Shown: piece after piece, positions 9,629 to 19,494 of the stretch
How the letters are laid out: every line of letters starts with the position of its first letter
How positions within the stretch are numbered: the stretch's first letter is position 1
Assembly (NCBI GenBank): GCA_050949315.1
Contig: JBMNFL010000001.1
Location: 224,001-288,000 of the forward strand
DNA length: 64,000 nucleotides
Source: Bacilli bacterium
GTDB lineage: Bacteria; Bacillota_I; Bacilli_A; RFN20; UBA1709
Direction: 5' to 3'
The notes under the pieces: generated by a model
Seen by the model: only the letters and a program-made list of their open reading frames with translations
Database searches by the model: none
What the model was told of the DNA's origin: nothing
Program-made: the position numbers and the translations under genes

Positions 9629-11947
9629 GTGATGATAATGCTTGAAACTCAAGCGGTTTTAGAGTTACAAAAGGTTAAAGAGACACTAGCAGAACATGCG
9701 CTTTTAGATTTCACTAAAAAGCGTATTTTAGATTTAACCTATAGCCATGATTATTATCAAATTGAAGAAGAACTGGCTAAGACTAATGAGGCTTTAACGC
9801 TTTGTAATGCTTACGGCCGTTGTCCGATTTCTTATATCCATGATTTGCGAGTAATTGTCGCTAGAGCGAGCAAGGCTTCGCTTCTAAGTTGTGAGGATTT
9901 ATATCGGGTAGCCTCGCAAGCAACCGGCATTGAACAGTTAAAAGCTTTTGCCCATAATTTTACAGGTCAAGCCTTTCCTCATTGCCTTTATTATTTTGAT
10001 GGCCTACTGGCTTTAAAAGCCTTACAAAAAAAGATTGAAAAGTGTATAAGTCCTAACTTTGATCTCTATGATAAAGCCTCAGCAAAACTTGCTAAAATCC
10101 GGCAGGAATTAAGGGATAAAGATCAGGAGATTCACAAGATTTTAGATAGGATTGTTCGTCAAAAAAGTTCTTATTTATCCGATACAATTGTCACTTTACG
10201 CAATGATCGCTTAGTCGTGCCGGTCAAGGCTAATTATAAATATAGTTTTGGGGGCATTATTCATGATGAATCCGCCTCGCAGCAAACGGTTTATATTGAA
10301 CCCGAGGCCACGATTTTACTCAATGCCCAAATGGCTAGTTTACGCCTTCAAGAAGTGCAAGAAATTGAGCGGATTTTACGTGAACTTAGTAAGGCGGTGT
10401 CCTTAGAAGGCGAGACTTTACTCAATAATCAAATCTTGATTGAAGAGATTGATTTTCTTTTTGCTAAGGGAAGTTATGGTCGGGCCCTTGATGCTTCAGT
10501 TGCTAAGTTAAGCAAGGAGCAAGTAATTTTATTAAAAGGGGCCCGCCATCCCTTACTCGATCAAACAAAGGCCATCGGTAACAATTTTGCCTTAGGTGGT
10601 AAGGAACATAAGATTTGTCTAATAACTGGTCCTAATACTGGTGGTAAAACTGTGGCTTTGAAAACGGTGGGGCTTTTAGCTTTGATGAATCAATGTGGTT
10701 TAGCGATTCCCTGTGATTTTGGGGCTGAACTTGGAGTTTTTGAGGCCTTCTTTGCCGATATCGGTGATGGCCAATCACTAAGTCAATCGCTCTCAACTTT
10801 CTCGGCCCATCTTTTGAAACTGAAAGCTATGCTTAACGAGGCAAACTCCAAGTCTTTAGTTCTTATTGATGAATTAGGCTCGGGAACTGATCCTAGTGAA
10901 GGAGAAGCCTTAGCAATGGCTATCTTAGAAGAACTCAAGGAACGTGAAGCCTTAGTTTTAGCCACTACCCATTATCCGAAACTCAAGAGTTTTGCCTTTG
11001 AGGGTGATTATATTAGCAATGCCTCAATGCTTTTTGATGAAGAGGAATTGAAACCAACTTATAAGTTAGTAGCAGGCTTAAGTGGCCGCTCTTATGCTTT
11101 AGAGATTGCTAAGAACCTAGGCTTTTCAGATAAGCTCATTAAGAAGGCTAAAGATTATAAAAGGGCCAATCTAAGCAAGAGTGACCTATTGGTTGAAAAG
11201 TTAGAGAATAGTATTAAAGAAGAGCAGGTTAAATTAGAAAAACTAGGTCAACTTGAAGAAGAACTTCGCAAGGAACAAGAAGAATTAGCTTTAACTAATA
11301 AGCAGATTAAACTTTTAGAAGAAAAGATAAAAGAAAGAGCGGATGAAGAAATCGCTCTTTTAGTGGATGAAGCTATGGAAAGCATCAATGAAACTTTGGA
11401 AAAACTTAAAAAAGAGAATTTAAAACCACATGAAGTTATTGCCGCTAAGGCTGAACTTGAAGGAATTCAAGAAAAGAGTGAAGCGCTAGAAGAAGATCTT
11501 GGTGACTATACTTTCAAGGTTGGCGATTATGTGACGGTGCTTTCGACTAACAAAGTTGGGCGTATCAGTGAAATACGCGGGAAAGACTATTTGGTGGACC
11601 TTGCCGGTCTTAGTTTAAGAGTCAAGGCTTCTAATTTAAGGCCTAGTAAGAAGAAGCAGGAAGAAAAACCAAAGTCCACTTATAAGGTTGAGTCTATTCA
11701 AGTGCCAGTTGAGTTGAATTTAATCGGTAAGCGGGTTGATGAAGCTCTTTCTATGCTTGATAAATATCTCGACGATGTCTTAAGAGCACATTTAAAAAGC
11801 GTCCGCATCATCCATGGTTATGGAACTGGGGCGCTTAAAAAGGCCGTTTATGCTTACTTAAAGGATTGTAAATATGTCAAAGACTATCATCATGCTGGGG
11901 CCTACGATGGAGGCATGGGGGCGACTATTGTCGTCTTAAAGGATTAA
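9629..11947 (+). CDS. mutS2: Endonuclease MutS2
   Basis: TGPNTGGKT, SLSTFSAH, DELGSGTDP, C-terminal Smr domain IIHGYGTG. Confidence 0.97.
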   Translation: MMIMLETQAVLELQKVKETLAEHALLDFTKKRILDLTYSHDYYQIEEELAKTNEALTLCNAYGRCPISYIHDLRVIVARASKASLLSCEDLYRVASQATGIEQLKAFAHNFTGQAFPHCLYYFDGLLALKALQKKIEKCISPNFDLYDKASAKLAKIRQELRDKDQEIHKILDRIVRQKSSYLSDTIVTLRNDRLVVPVKANYKYSFGGIIHDESASQQTVYIEPEATILLNAQMASLRLQEVQEIERILRELSKAVSLEGETLLNNQILIEEIDFLFAKGSYGRALDASVAKLSKEQVILLKGARHPLLDQTKAIGNNFALGGKEHKICLITGPNTGGKTVALKTVGLLALMNQCGLAIPCDFGAELGVFEAFFADIGDGQSLSQSLSTFSAHLLKLKAMLNEANSKSLVLIDELGSGTDPSEGEALAMAILEELKEREALVLATTHYPKLKSFAFEGDYISNASMLFDEEELKPTYKLVAGLSGRSYALEIAKNLGFSDKLIKKAKDYKRANLSKSDLLVEKLENSIKEEQVKLEKLGQLEEELRKEQEELALTNKQIKLLEEKIKERADEEIALLVDEAMESINETLEKLKKENLKPHEVIAAKAELEGIQEKSEALEEDLGDYTFKVGDYVTVLSTNKVGRISEIRGKDYLVDLAGLSLRVKASNLRPSKKKQEEKPKSTYKVESIQVPVELNLIGKRVDEALSMLDKYLDDVLRAHLKSVRIIHGYGTGALKKAVYAYLKDCKYVKDYHHAGAYDGGMGATIVVLKD

Positions 11948-11949
11948 CT

Positions 11950-13704
11950 ATGTTAAGTGATTTACTTAAGGAAAAACTAGCCTTATTAAAGCCCTTGCCT
12001 GGCTGCTATTTGATGAAGAATAAGGATGATCAAATTATCTATGTTGGCAAGGCTAAATTTTTAGATAAAAGGGTTAAGTCCTATTTTAACAGGCCCCATA
12101 ATGGTAAAACGGCTAAGATGGTAAGGGAAATTTTTACTTTTGAAACGATTATCACTTCAACGGAAAAAGAGGCTCTGCTTTTAGAAATAAATCTAATTCA
12201 CACTTATAATCCGCCTTATAATATCCTGCTTAAGGATGATAAGGCTTATCCATATATTCAATTAAAGCTTGATACCCATCCTTACCTAGGAATCGCAAGA
12301 AGGATTAAAGATAAGAATTCTAAATATTATGGACCGTATCCTGAGGGGAAAGCCGCTAGATCTACCCTTAATCTTTTAAATAGGATTTTTCCTTTACGTA
12401 AGTGTCGTAGTTTACCTAAAAAGCCCTGTCTTTATTATCATATCGGTCAATGTTTAGCACCTTGTATCAATAAGATAGCAGAGGAAACCTATCAAGAACT
12501 CATTCAAAAGATCCAGCGTTTTATGCAGGGGGATAGCAAAGATATTCGTGATGAACTAGTAAAGAAGATGCAAGAATGTTCAGAAGCTCTAGCCTTTGAA
12601 CGGGCAAAAGAGTATAAGGAGATCATTGAGGGAATTGATCATATTACCAGTCAACAAAATGTTCAGACGAATAATAAAATTGATAAAGATGTCATCGCCT
12701 TTCATAGTAAGGATGGCGACTTAGCCATCAGTATTTTATGTTTTCGCTCAGGTATTTTAAAACTTAAACACAGTGAGGTTGTCAGTTGTTATGGCGAGGT
12801 TGAAAATCAGTTTATCAGCTACCTTATGCAGTATTATGAAAAGGAATTAAAACCCCAACTTTTAATTATGCCAAAACTCAGTGATGCCCCCTTACTTTCG
12901 GAAGTTTTAGAATTAAAAATTATTGCACCAAGTAGAGGAAATAATTTAGTTTTATTACAGATGGCTGCCCAGAACGCCATTAGTGCGATGGAGGAAAAAC
13001 ACCTAAACAGTAAACAAGATTTGCGGGTTTTAGCCGTTTTAGATGAACTTGGAAAACGCCTTAATATTAAAACGCCTTACCGTATTGAACTCATAGATAA
13101 TTCCCACTATCAGGGTGATGCGGCCGTTAGTGCGGTGGTGGTTTTTATCAATGGTTTACCTGCTAAAAGACTCTATAGGAAATATAAGATTAATAATGAA
13201 GAAACCCGTGATGATGCCGCCAGTATGTATGAGGTTATCTATCGGCGTTATTACCGCTTGTTAAGTGAGAAAGGAAAACTTAGTGACCTTTTGATTGTCG
13301 ATGGTGGGCCCAGTCAAATTCTAGCCGCCAAGAAAGCTTTATCGTCTTTAAATTATGATTTACCAGTAGTGGGTCTTGTTAAAGATAGCAAGCATCAAAC
13401 CTCAGCATTAATGCAGGCTGATGGTCTTTTAATAAATATTCAAGATTTACCAGAACTCTTCTTTCTTTTGAGCAGGATGCAAGATGAGGTGCATCGTTTC
13501 GCCCTCAGTTATCACCATGATAGAAGAAGCAAGGATTTGTTTAAATCAGAACTCGATGGAATAGCAGGTTTGGGTAAGGTGCGCAAGCAAGCTTTACTTA
13601 AGGCTTTTGGCAGTGTTAGCAAAATTGCAGAGGCCTCGTTAGAAGAATTATTACAATATGTTCCTAAAGCCGTTGCTATCGCCATAAAAGATAAAATTGG
13701 CTAA
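11950..13704 (+). CDS. uvrC: Excinuclease ABC subunit C
   Basis: GIY-YIG (PGCYLM..IYVGKA), DNSH, VDGG, DEVHRFA, C-terminal HhH. Confidence 0.97.
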   Translation: MLSDLLKEKLALLKPLPGCYLMKNKDDQIIYVGKAKFLDKRVKSYFNRPHNGKTAKMVREIFTFETIITSTEKEALLLEINLIHTYNPPYNILLKDDKAYPYIQLKLDTHPYLGIARRIKDKNSKYYGPYPEGKAARSTLNLLNRIFPLRKCRSLPKKPCLYYHIGQCLAPCINKIAEETYQELIQKIQRFMQGDSKDIRDELVKKMQECSEALAFERAKEYKEIIEGIDHITSQQNVQTNNKIDKDVIAFHSKDGDLAISILCFRSGILKLKHSEVVSCYGEVENQFISYLMQYYEKELKPQLLIMPKLSDAPLLSEVLELKIIAPSRGNNLVLLQMAAQNAISAMEEKHLNSKQDLRVLAVLDELGKRLNIKTPYRIELIDNSHYQGDAAVSAVVVFINGLPAKRLYRKYKINNEETRDDAASMYEVIYRRYYRLLSEKGKLSDLLIVDGGPSQILAAKKALSSLNYDLPVVGLVKDSKHQTSALMQADGLLINIQDLPELFFLLSRMQDEVHRFALSYHHDRRSKDLFKSELDGIAGLGKVRKQALLKAFGSVSKIAEASLEELLQYVPKAVAIAIKDKIG

Positions 13705-13775
13705 ATCTACCTTATTTTCTTGAACAATTGGGAAGTTTAATCTATAATTAAGCCATATTGGAGGGGCCTTTAATT

Positions 13776-16361
13776 ATGCGAAAAAAAGTATCGAAAGAAA
13801 CTACGAAAACGGAAGAAGTCTTGAAAGAAACCGACGTGCTTGAAAAAGTGTCAAAGAAGAAAGTTTCTGAACAAGAAAAAGCCGTTGCCCCTAAAAAGAC
13901 CAGAAAGAGTACTAGAAAGACCTTTGCCAATGTTGAAACCAAAAATGATGCCCCTAAAGTAGAAAAAGAGAAAGAAAAAGTTAGAAGCTCGAAAAGAGTC
14001 ACAATCAATAGAGGACTATCAGCTGTTGATGTTCAGGAGCGTATAGAGGCTGGTCTAGTAAATATCACGGTCAATAAGAATGCTAAGACGACAAAACAGA
14101 TCGTAGTTAGCAATGTTTTTACTATCTTTAACTTATTAAATCTTTTTGTAGCTACCGCCTTAATTGTGGCAGGTTCTTACAAAAACCTTCTATTTTTAGC
14201 GGTTATTATTTGTAATACCGTCATCGGTATTGTTCAAGAGATTAAGGCCAAGGCTACAATTGAATCGCTATCTTTAGTTTCCGCCCCAGTGGTGACGGTG
14301 GTGCGCGATGGTCGTAAGAGTTTTGTCAAGGCCGATGAATTAGTCGTCGATGATATTGTCATCTTTGAAGCCGGTAAGCAAATTGTCGCTGACTGTGTGG
14401 TTCGCAAGGGTATTGTTGAAGTCAATGAATCACTCTTAACGGGTGAATCAGAGTCAGTTGTTAAGAAATTTGGTTCTTTACTTTATTCGGGTAGTTATGT
14501 AGTATCGGGTGAATGTTATGCCCGGGTTGAAAGAGTAGGGCAGGAAAACTATGTTCAACAACTAGCCGATCAAGCCAAACATTATAAAAAGCCCAGTTCT
14601 GAGATCATGCGGGCTTTAAATCAATTGATTAAAATCATCACTTTGGTAGTCATCTTATCAGGTGGCATCCTTTTCTATAATAATTATGTGGTCGTTGGGG
14701 CTAGCTGGGAAGAGGCAGTAGTGGCGACAGCTGGCAGCATGATAGGCATGATTCCTTCAGGCTTGTATTTAATGACTAGTATTTCTCTTGCCTATGGAGT
14801 AATTCGACTGGGGCAAAGGAAGACCCTAGTTCAAGATCTTTATTGTATTGAGATGCTCGCCCGCGTGGATGTCCTCTGTCTTGATAAAACAGGAACCATC
14901 ACCGATGGGACCATGAGGGTTAAAGATGTGATTGAATATGAGGGCGAAACCGAAAGTAGTTTAAAACAGATTGTGGCCTTAGTTTTAGGTAACACTAAAG
15001 AAAACAATGCCACTGCTGAAGCTTTAAAGAAAAAGTTTGGCATGGTTAAACGAGCAACTACTAGGGCTATCGTGCCTTTTTCTAGTGCCCGTAAATATAT
15101 GGCGGCCTACTTTGAAAATAAAAAACTCTCCTATCTTATAGGGGCCCCAGAATTTGTTTTAAATCAGGATTATAAGGAATCGCTTGTTTCTACTGAGGTT
15201 GATAAATTCGCCCGTCAGGGTTTAAGAGTGTTACTTGTGGCCTCTAGTCCAACTAAAATCACATCGCCCAATCAAAACTTTAGTGATGTTAAACCTCTAG
15301 CTTTAATTACTATTGAAGATGTGATTCGTAAAGATGCGATTGAGACCATCCAATATTTTAAGAACAGCGATGTCAATGTTAAGGTTATCTCAGGTGATAA
15401 TCCCCTAACGGCTTCTAAGATTGCCCTAAGGGCGGGGATTGAAAATGCTAATCGCTCTATTTCTTTAGATGGTATGGCCGATGATGTGGTGGCGAAGATT
15501 GCCGAACACTATACGGTTTTTGGCCGAGTTTCGCCTAAGCAAAAGCAGATTCTTATCCGAGCACTGAAAGAAAAGAAACATACGGTGGCGATGACAGGTG
15601 ATGGTGTCAACGATATTCTAGCCTTAAAAGAAGCGGATTGTAGTATCGCCATGGCCAATGGTAGTGAAGCCACCCGCAATGTCTCACACTTAGTTTTATT
15701 AGATTCTAATTTCTCTTCTATGCCAGCAGTTGTGCAGGAGGGAAGACGGGTTATCAATAACATTCAGCGCGTAGCGACCATGTTCTTAACTAAGACCATT
15801 TTCTCCTTCCTTCTTACCATGATCTGTGTCATCTTTGGCCTTATCTATCCAATTCAATCAATTCAACTCATCATCTTTGATTGGTTTATCATTTCCTTAC
15901 CATCCTTATATCTAGCCTTAGAACCGAACAATACCCAAGTCAAAGGGCGCTTCCTATTTGAGGTCTTCTTAAACGCCTTACCAGGGGCTTTACTAATTGT
16001 CTTTAACTATGGTGTTATTCGCTTATTAGCGCCAGCTGCTGGCTTTAGTGATGCCGTTATTTCAACCCTCACGGTTATCTCAATTATCTGTGTTGGTTAC
16101 ACCGTTTTAGCTAAGGTCTGCCGTCCCTATAACAACAATAGGCGGATTATGTATGCCTTGATGCTGGTTTTAGGTATTACCATGTACTTTACCTTAGGAC
16201 CCATACTCTTAGAAATAGTTGATATCAAAGAGTTAGGAATTAACGCCATTTTACTAGCGATTTGTTTAGGACAATTTATCTATCCCGCTTATTCTTTCTT
16301 AGTCAAAACTGGTCAAGTGGTTCGTAAAGGTGTTTCTATGAAAAACATCGTCAATATTTAA
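13776..16361 (+). CDS. P-type ATPase, CtpE-like, substrate uncertain
   Basis: LTGES, DKTGT, ISGD, TGDGVND; about 10 hydrophobic segments; Lys/Glu-rich N-terminal extension; ATG 13776 after GGAGG. Confidence 0.93.
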   Translation: MRKKVSKETTKTEEVLKETDVLEKVSKKKVSEQEKAVAPKKTRKSTRKTFANVETKNDAPKVEKEKEKVRSSKRVTINRGLSAVDVQERIEAGLVNITVNKNAKTTKQIVVSNVFTIFNLLNLFVATALIVAGSYKNLLFLAVIICNTVIGIVQEIKAKATIESLSLVSAPVVTVVRDGRKSFVKADELVVDDIVIFEAGKQIVADCVVRKGIVEVNESLLTGESESVVKKFGSLLYSGSYVVSGECYARVERVGQENYVQQLADQAKHYKKPSSEIMRALNQLIKIITLVVILSGGILFYNNYVVVGASWEEAVVATAGSMIGMIPSGLYLMTSISLAYGVIRLGQRKTLVQDLYCIEMLARVDVLCLDKTGTITDGTMRVKDVIEYEGETESSLKQIVALVLGNTKENNATAEALKKKFGMVKRATTRAIVPFSSARKYMAAYFENKKLSYLIGAPEFVLNQDYKESLVSTEVDKFARQGLRVLLVASSPTKITSPNQNFSDVKPLALITIEDVIRKDAIETIQYFKNSDVNVKVISGDNPLTASKIALRAGIENANRSISLDGMADDVVAKIAEHYTVFGRVSPKQKQILIRALKEKKHTVAMTGDGVNDILALKEADCSIAMANGSEATRNVSHLVLLDSNFSSMPAVVQEGRRVINNIQRVATMFLTKTIFSFLLTMICVIFGLIYPIQSIQLIIFDWFIISLPSLYLALEPNNTQVKGRFLFEVFLNALPGALLIVFNYGVIRLLAPAAGFSDAVISTLTVISIICVGYTVLAKVCRPYNNNRRIMYALMLVLGITMYFTLGPILLEIVDIKELGINAILLAICLGQFIYPAYSFLVKTGQVVRKGVSMKNIVNI

Positions 16362-16368
16362 AAAGATA

Positions 16369-16397
16369 TTGAAAATTCCCCATAAAGAGTTTATATT
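16369..16397 (+). promoter_or_regulatory. Sigma-A-like promoter for tRNA-Arg
   Basis: TTGAAA-17 bp-TATATT just upstream of the tRNA. Confidence 0.55.
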
Positions 16398-16407
16398 AAA
16401 CTCGCGT

Positions 16408-16484
16408 GTCCACATAGCTCAGTCGGATAGAGCAACTGCCTTCTAAGCAGTAGGCCGGGGGTTCGAGTCCCTCTGTGGACGCCA
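16408..16484 (+). tRNA. tRNA-Arg (anticodon TCT)
   Basis: GTCCACA/TGTGGAC acceptor stem, ACTGC-CTTCTAA-GCAGT anticodon arm, GTTCGAG T-loop, encoded CCA. Confidence 0.97.
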
Positions 16485-16497
16485 GTTAGCAATCTAT

Positions 16498-16528
16498 GAG
16501 TCCGAGGGGTCGGACTCTTTTTGTTTTT
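16498..16528 (+). terminator. Intrinsic terminator after tRNA-Arg
   Basis: GAGTCCGA-gggg-TCGGACTC hairpin plus T-tract. Confidence 0.85.
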
Positions 16529-16600
16529 AATCAAGTAATCTTTACAAGAAAAAGAAATTGTTATAAAATTGATATATCGAATTTTAGGAGGCTTACCACA

Positions 16601-16927
16601 ATGGAAAGATTAGATATGTTAAGAGCGCGGATTGAGAAATTCAATGAAGATAGGAATTGGGATCAATTCCATTCTCCTGCCAATTTGGCTAAATCTATTT
16701 CTATTGAAGCAAATGAACTTTTGGAGTGCTTTCAGTGGAATGAAGAGGATTACAATATCGAAAATGTCAAAGAAGAGTTAGCCGATGTCATCAACTATTG
16801 TCTACAAATGGCGAATAAACTCAATGTTGATGTCATTGACATAGTAAACAAAAAAATGGATAAAAGTGAAAAGAAATATCCTGTTGAAAAAGCCAAGGGT
16901 GTTTCCACTAAATATAACAAGTTGTAA
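16601..16927 (+). CDS. MazG-superfamily nucleotide pyrophosphohydrolase (DCTPP1/RS21-C6-like)
   Basis: RNWDQFHSPANL, EANELLECFQW, EELADV, KKYP motifs; ATG 16601 with AGGAGG RBS; TTTACA-17-TAAAAT promoter at 16541-16569. Confidence 0.9.
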   Translation: MERLDMLRARIEKFNEDRNWDQFHSPANLAKSISIEANELLECFQWNEEDYNIENVKEELADVINYCLQMANKLNVDVIDIVNKKMDKSEKKYPVEKAKGVSTKYNKL

Positions 16928-16953
16928 AGATTAAAGAGTTATTAGGAGTTTTT

Positions 16954-18915
16954 ATGGAACAGATAGTTTATCAAGAAACCTTGCAAACATTTATCAATCA
17001 TTGTTTAGTTACAAGAAATATTGCCGATAAAGTAAAAACTGGGATGTTCAATGCGGGTCATGTGAACGTGCTACCTAATTGGGAAACCTCTTGGCAGAAT
17101 TCATTACCCGAGATTGCTAAAGTCCTTCAAAACAGCAGTGTTGATAGTGATGTTGATGTGGCAGTTGAATACAGATTAAAACACAGTTTAGAAAGATTGG
17201 ATTTTCTCATCTATGGACTAGATAAAGAGGATAGGAAGAACATGGTCATTGTGGAATTGAAACAATGGTCAGAAGTTAGTCCCTCAGAATCTTTAAATAG
17301 GGTTCACACAATGGTCGCCAAAAGTTATTTTGAGGATCATTTCCATCCATCATATCAAGCATATAATTATGCCGGTCAATTAAAGGCATTTAATGCTTAT
17401 GTTCAAACTGAAAAGATGGGAATCAAGTCTTGTTCATATTGTCATAACATGGATGCTGGATACAAGACCATAATGGGAGATATACAGTTATATCCATTTA
17501 TTTCTGAATCGCCCTCTTTTCTAGAAAACGATGGTCAAAAGCTTAAAGAGTTTGTTGAAAGGTATGTTTCTAAAAAGTGTCACAACATTCTCTATGAAAT
17601 CAATAAAGCCAAAACCATTCCCTCAGATGATTTTGCCAAACTCATGCGTGAGGCCTTGAGTGGTAATCAAATGTATACGCTAGATATGGGCCAATCTAAT
17701 GCCTTAAGCACCATCGTGGATGCCGTAAGAGAAGCTAGTTACTATAACCAAAAGAAAACAATCATTATTAAAGGTGGTGCAGGTACAGGGAAATCTATTA
17801 TTGCTATCAATGCTTTAGGTTTATTGAATAGTCCAAAGAGAAAAAGCGATAGAATTACAACGATGTTTGTAACTGTTAATGCTGCGCCAAAGAAGGTCTT
17901 ATACAACGGATTAATTGCAGGCAATGCCTTCAAAGGGAGAGACTTAAGCGCTCTGTTTAAATATCCAACTGCTTTCGCAAATAGGCCAAATAATGAAATA
18001 CCTTGCCTTTTGATTGATGAAGCCCATCGTATTTTTAAGATGAAGGGTGGTGTTGGTCTTAGAGCAGGCACAAATATGCTTAAAGAACTTATCAAGGTGG
18101 CAAAAGTTTCAGTCTTCTTTATTGATGACAATCAGGCTGTTACTAAAGATGATTACGCCACCATTGATATCATTAAAGAGATTGCTAGGGAATGTCGCTC
18201 TCAAGTGCTTATAGGACCCGAATTAGAATTAACAGGTCAGTATCGTGTTCAAGGTGGAGCAGAGTATATTGAATTCATTAAATCGTTCCTCGGAATAAAT
18301 GATGAAAAAACCACTTTCAACATGAACAATTCATACGAATTTAAAGTATTTGATGACCCTAATGAAATGTTTGATAAAGTTAAGGAATTAGATACCGAAG
18401 CTAGAAAGAAACAAGCAGTAGCCGATGGAAAGTTTGAATTTGCTATCGATGAATATAATGGTCATTCTAGAGTGGTGGCAGGATATACTTACGAATGGGT
18501 TTCCAACCCTACCACAAGAGATGGTGTTAATGATGTTATCATCGCCAAAGATAATTTTGCAAAGAAATGGAATCTCAGATATGGAAGTGGCTTAAGGGCT
18601 TATTCTTGGGCGGATGATCCCTTGTCTATTGATGAAATTGGTTGTATTCATACCTGTCAAGGAATCGATTTAGATTATTGCGGTGTAATTATTGGAAAAG
18701 ACATTACTTATGAAAATGGTAGAATAGTTTTCCATAAGGATGCCCACCCAACAAGCGATTTCGCAGGTATCCGAACCGCTAATGATGTTGATGCGGAAAC
18801 TTGGATTAAAAATACATACTATGTACTTCTTACAAGAGGTATTCGTGGAACATTTGTATATTGCGAAGACGATGCTTTAAGGGATTATCTAAAGAGCATG
18901 CTAGTAACAGAATAG
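16954..18915 (+). CDS. DUF2075 (Schlafen group 3 helicase-like) ATPase with N-terminal PD-(D/E)xK nuclease-like domain
   Basis: RLDFLIYG..VIVELKQW; Walker A GGAGTGKS; Walker B LIDEAHR; GCIHTCQGIDLDY; NTYYVLLTRG. Confidence 0.88.
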   Translation: MEQIVYQETLQTFINHCLVTRNIADKVKTGMFNAGHVNVLPNWETSWQNSLPEIAKVLQNSSVDSDVDVAVEYRLKHSLERLDFLIYGLDKEDRKNMVIVELKQWSEVSPSESLNRVHTMVAKSYFEDHFHPSYQAYNYAGQLKAFNAYVQTEKMGIKSCSYCHNMDAGYKTIMGDIQLYPFISESPSFLENDGQKLKEFVERYVSKKCHNILYEINKAKTIPSDDFAKLMREALSGNQMYTLDMGQSNALSTIVDAVREASYYNQKKTIIIKGGAGTGKSIIAINALGLLNSPKRKSDRITTMFVTVNAAPKKVLYNGLIAGNAFKGRDLSALFKYPTAFANRPNNEIPCLLIDEAHRIFKMKGGVGLRAGTNMLKELIKVAKVSVFFIDDNQAVTKDDYATIDIIKEIARECRSQVLIGPELELTGQYRVQGGAEYIEFIKSFLGINDEKTTFNMNNSYEFKVFDDPNEMFDKVKELDTEARKKQAVADGKFEFAIDEYNGHSRVVAGYTYEWVSNPTTRDGVNDVIIAKDNFAKKWNLRYGSGLRAYSWADDPLSIDEIGCIHTCQGIDLDYCGVIIGKDITYENGRIVFHKDAHPTSDFAGIRTANDVDAETWIKNTYYVLLTRGIRGTFVYCEDDALRDYLKSMLVTE

Positions 18916-18926
18916 GAGTTTATATT

Positions 18927-19112
18927 ATGTTTACCCCTGAAAAAATTAAAGAAATACGAAGAGAAATGATGATGACCCAAACCGAGTTTGCGGAATATTT
19001 AGGTATTGCCTTTGTTTCCGTGAATAGGTATGAAAATGGTAAATCTAGGCCAACTTTTAAAGTTCAAAGAAAATTAGCAGAGCTTGAGAAGAAATTGGGC
19101 TTGCTTAAATAG
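18927..19112 (+). CDS. Xre/Cro-type HTH protein
   Basis: IKEIRR..MTQTEFAEYLG..SVNRYENGKSRP; ATG 18927 with AGGAG RBS overlapping the upstream stop. Confidence 0.9.
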   Translation: MFTPEKIKEIRREMMMTQTEFAEYLGIAFVSVNRYENGKSRPTFKVQRKLAELEKKLGLLK

Positions 19113-19494
19113 TTTAAAAGGTAAAATGTTTTCTTTTATTGATATAAAATGGTATAGGTCAAAAATAAGCAGAAAAAGAACAACTGAGCAAAAATGCTGA
19201 TTTTGAAAAACTGCGCAGTATAATTCAAACAGATGGCAAGAGATTTTTACACTTTTTTAAGAAAGACAATCACAAAAAGGTTGCCTCTTCTATAAAAGAT
19301 ATTTAGTAAAAACAAAAAGAGAATAAGTGACTGATAGAAAATGATCTTATTAATTGAAAAACACCAAGAAATATGCTACAATTATCATGTATTAAATGAA
19401 TTCATTGGGTTGTCAAAATAAGCTAAAAATCATTAGAGTAGGAGTATTGATTGACAACAGTTTTTAGGGTAATAAAGGTATGAGGTGGGATAAT

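Noticed and set aside
16496-16600. Longer N-terminus of the MazG-like ORF from ATG 16496
   Set aside because: Overlaps the tRNA terminator and the promoter; ATG 16601 has the RBS and matches the family start
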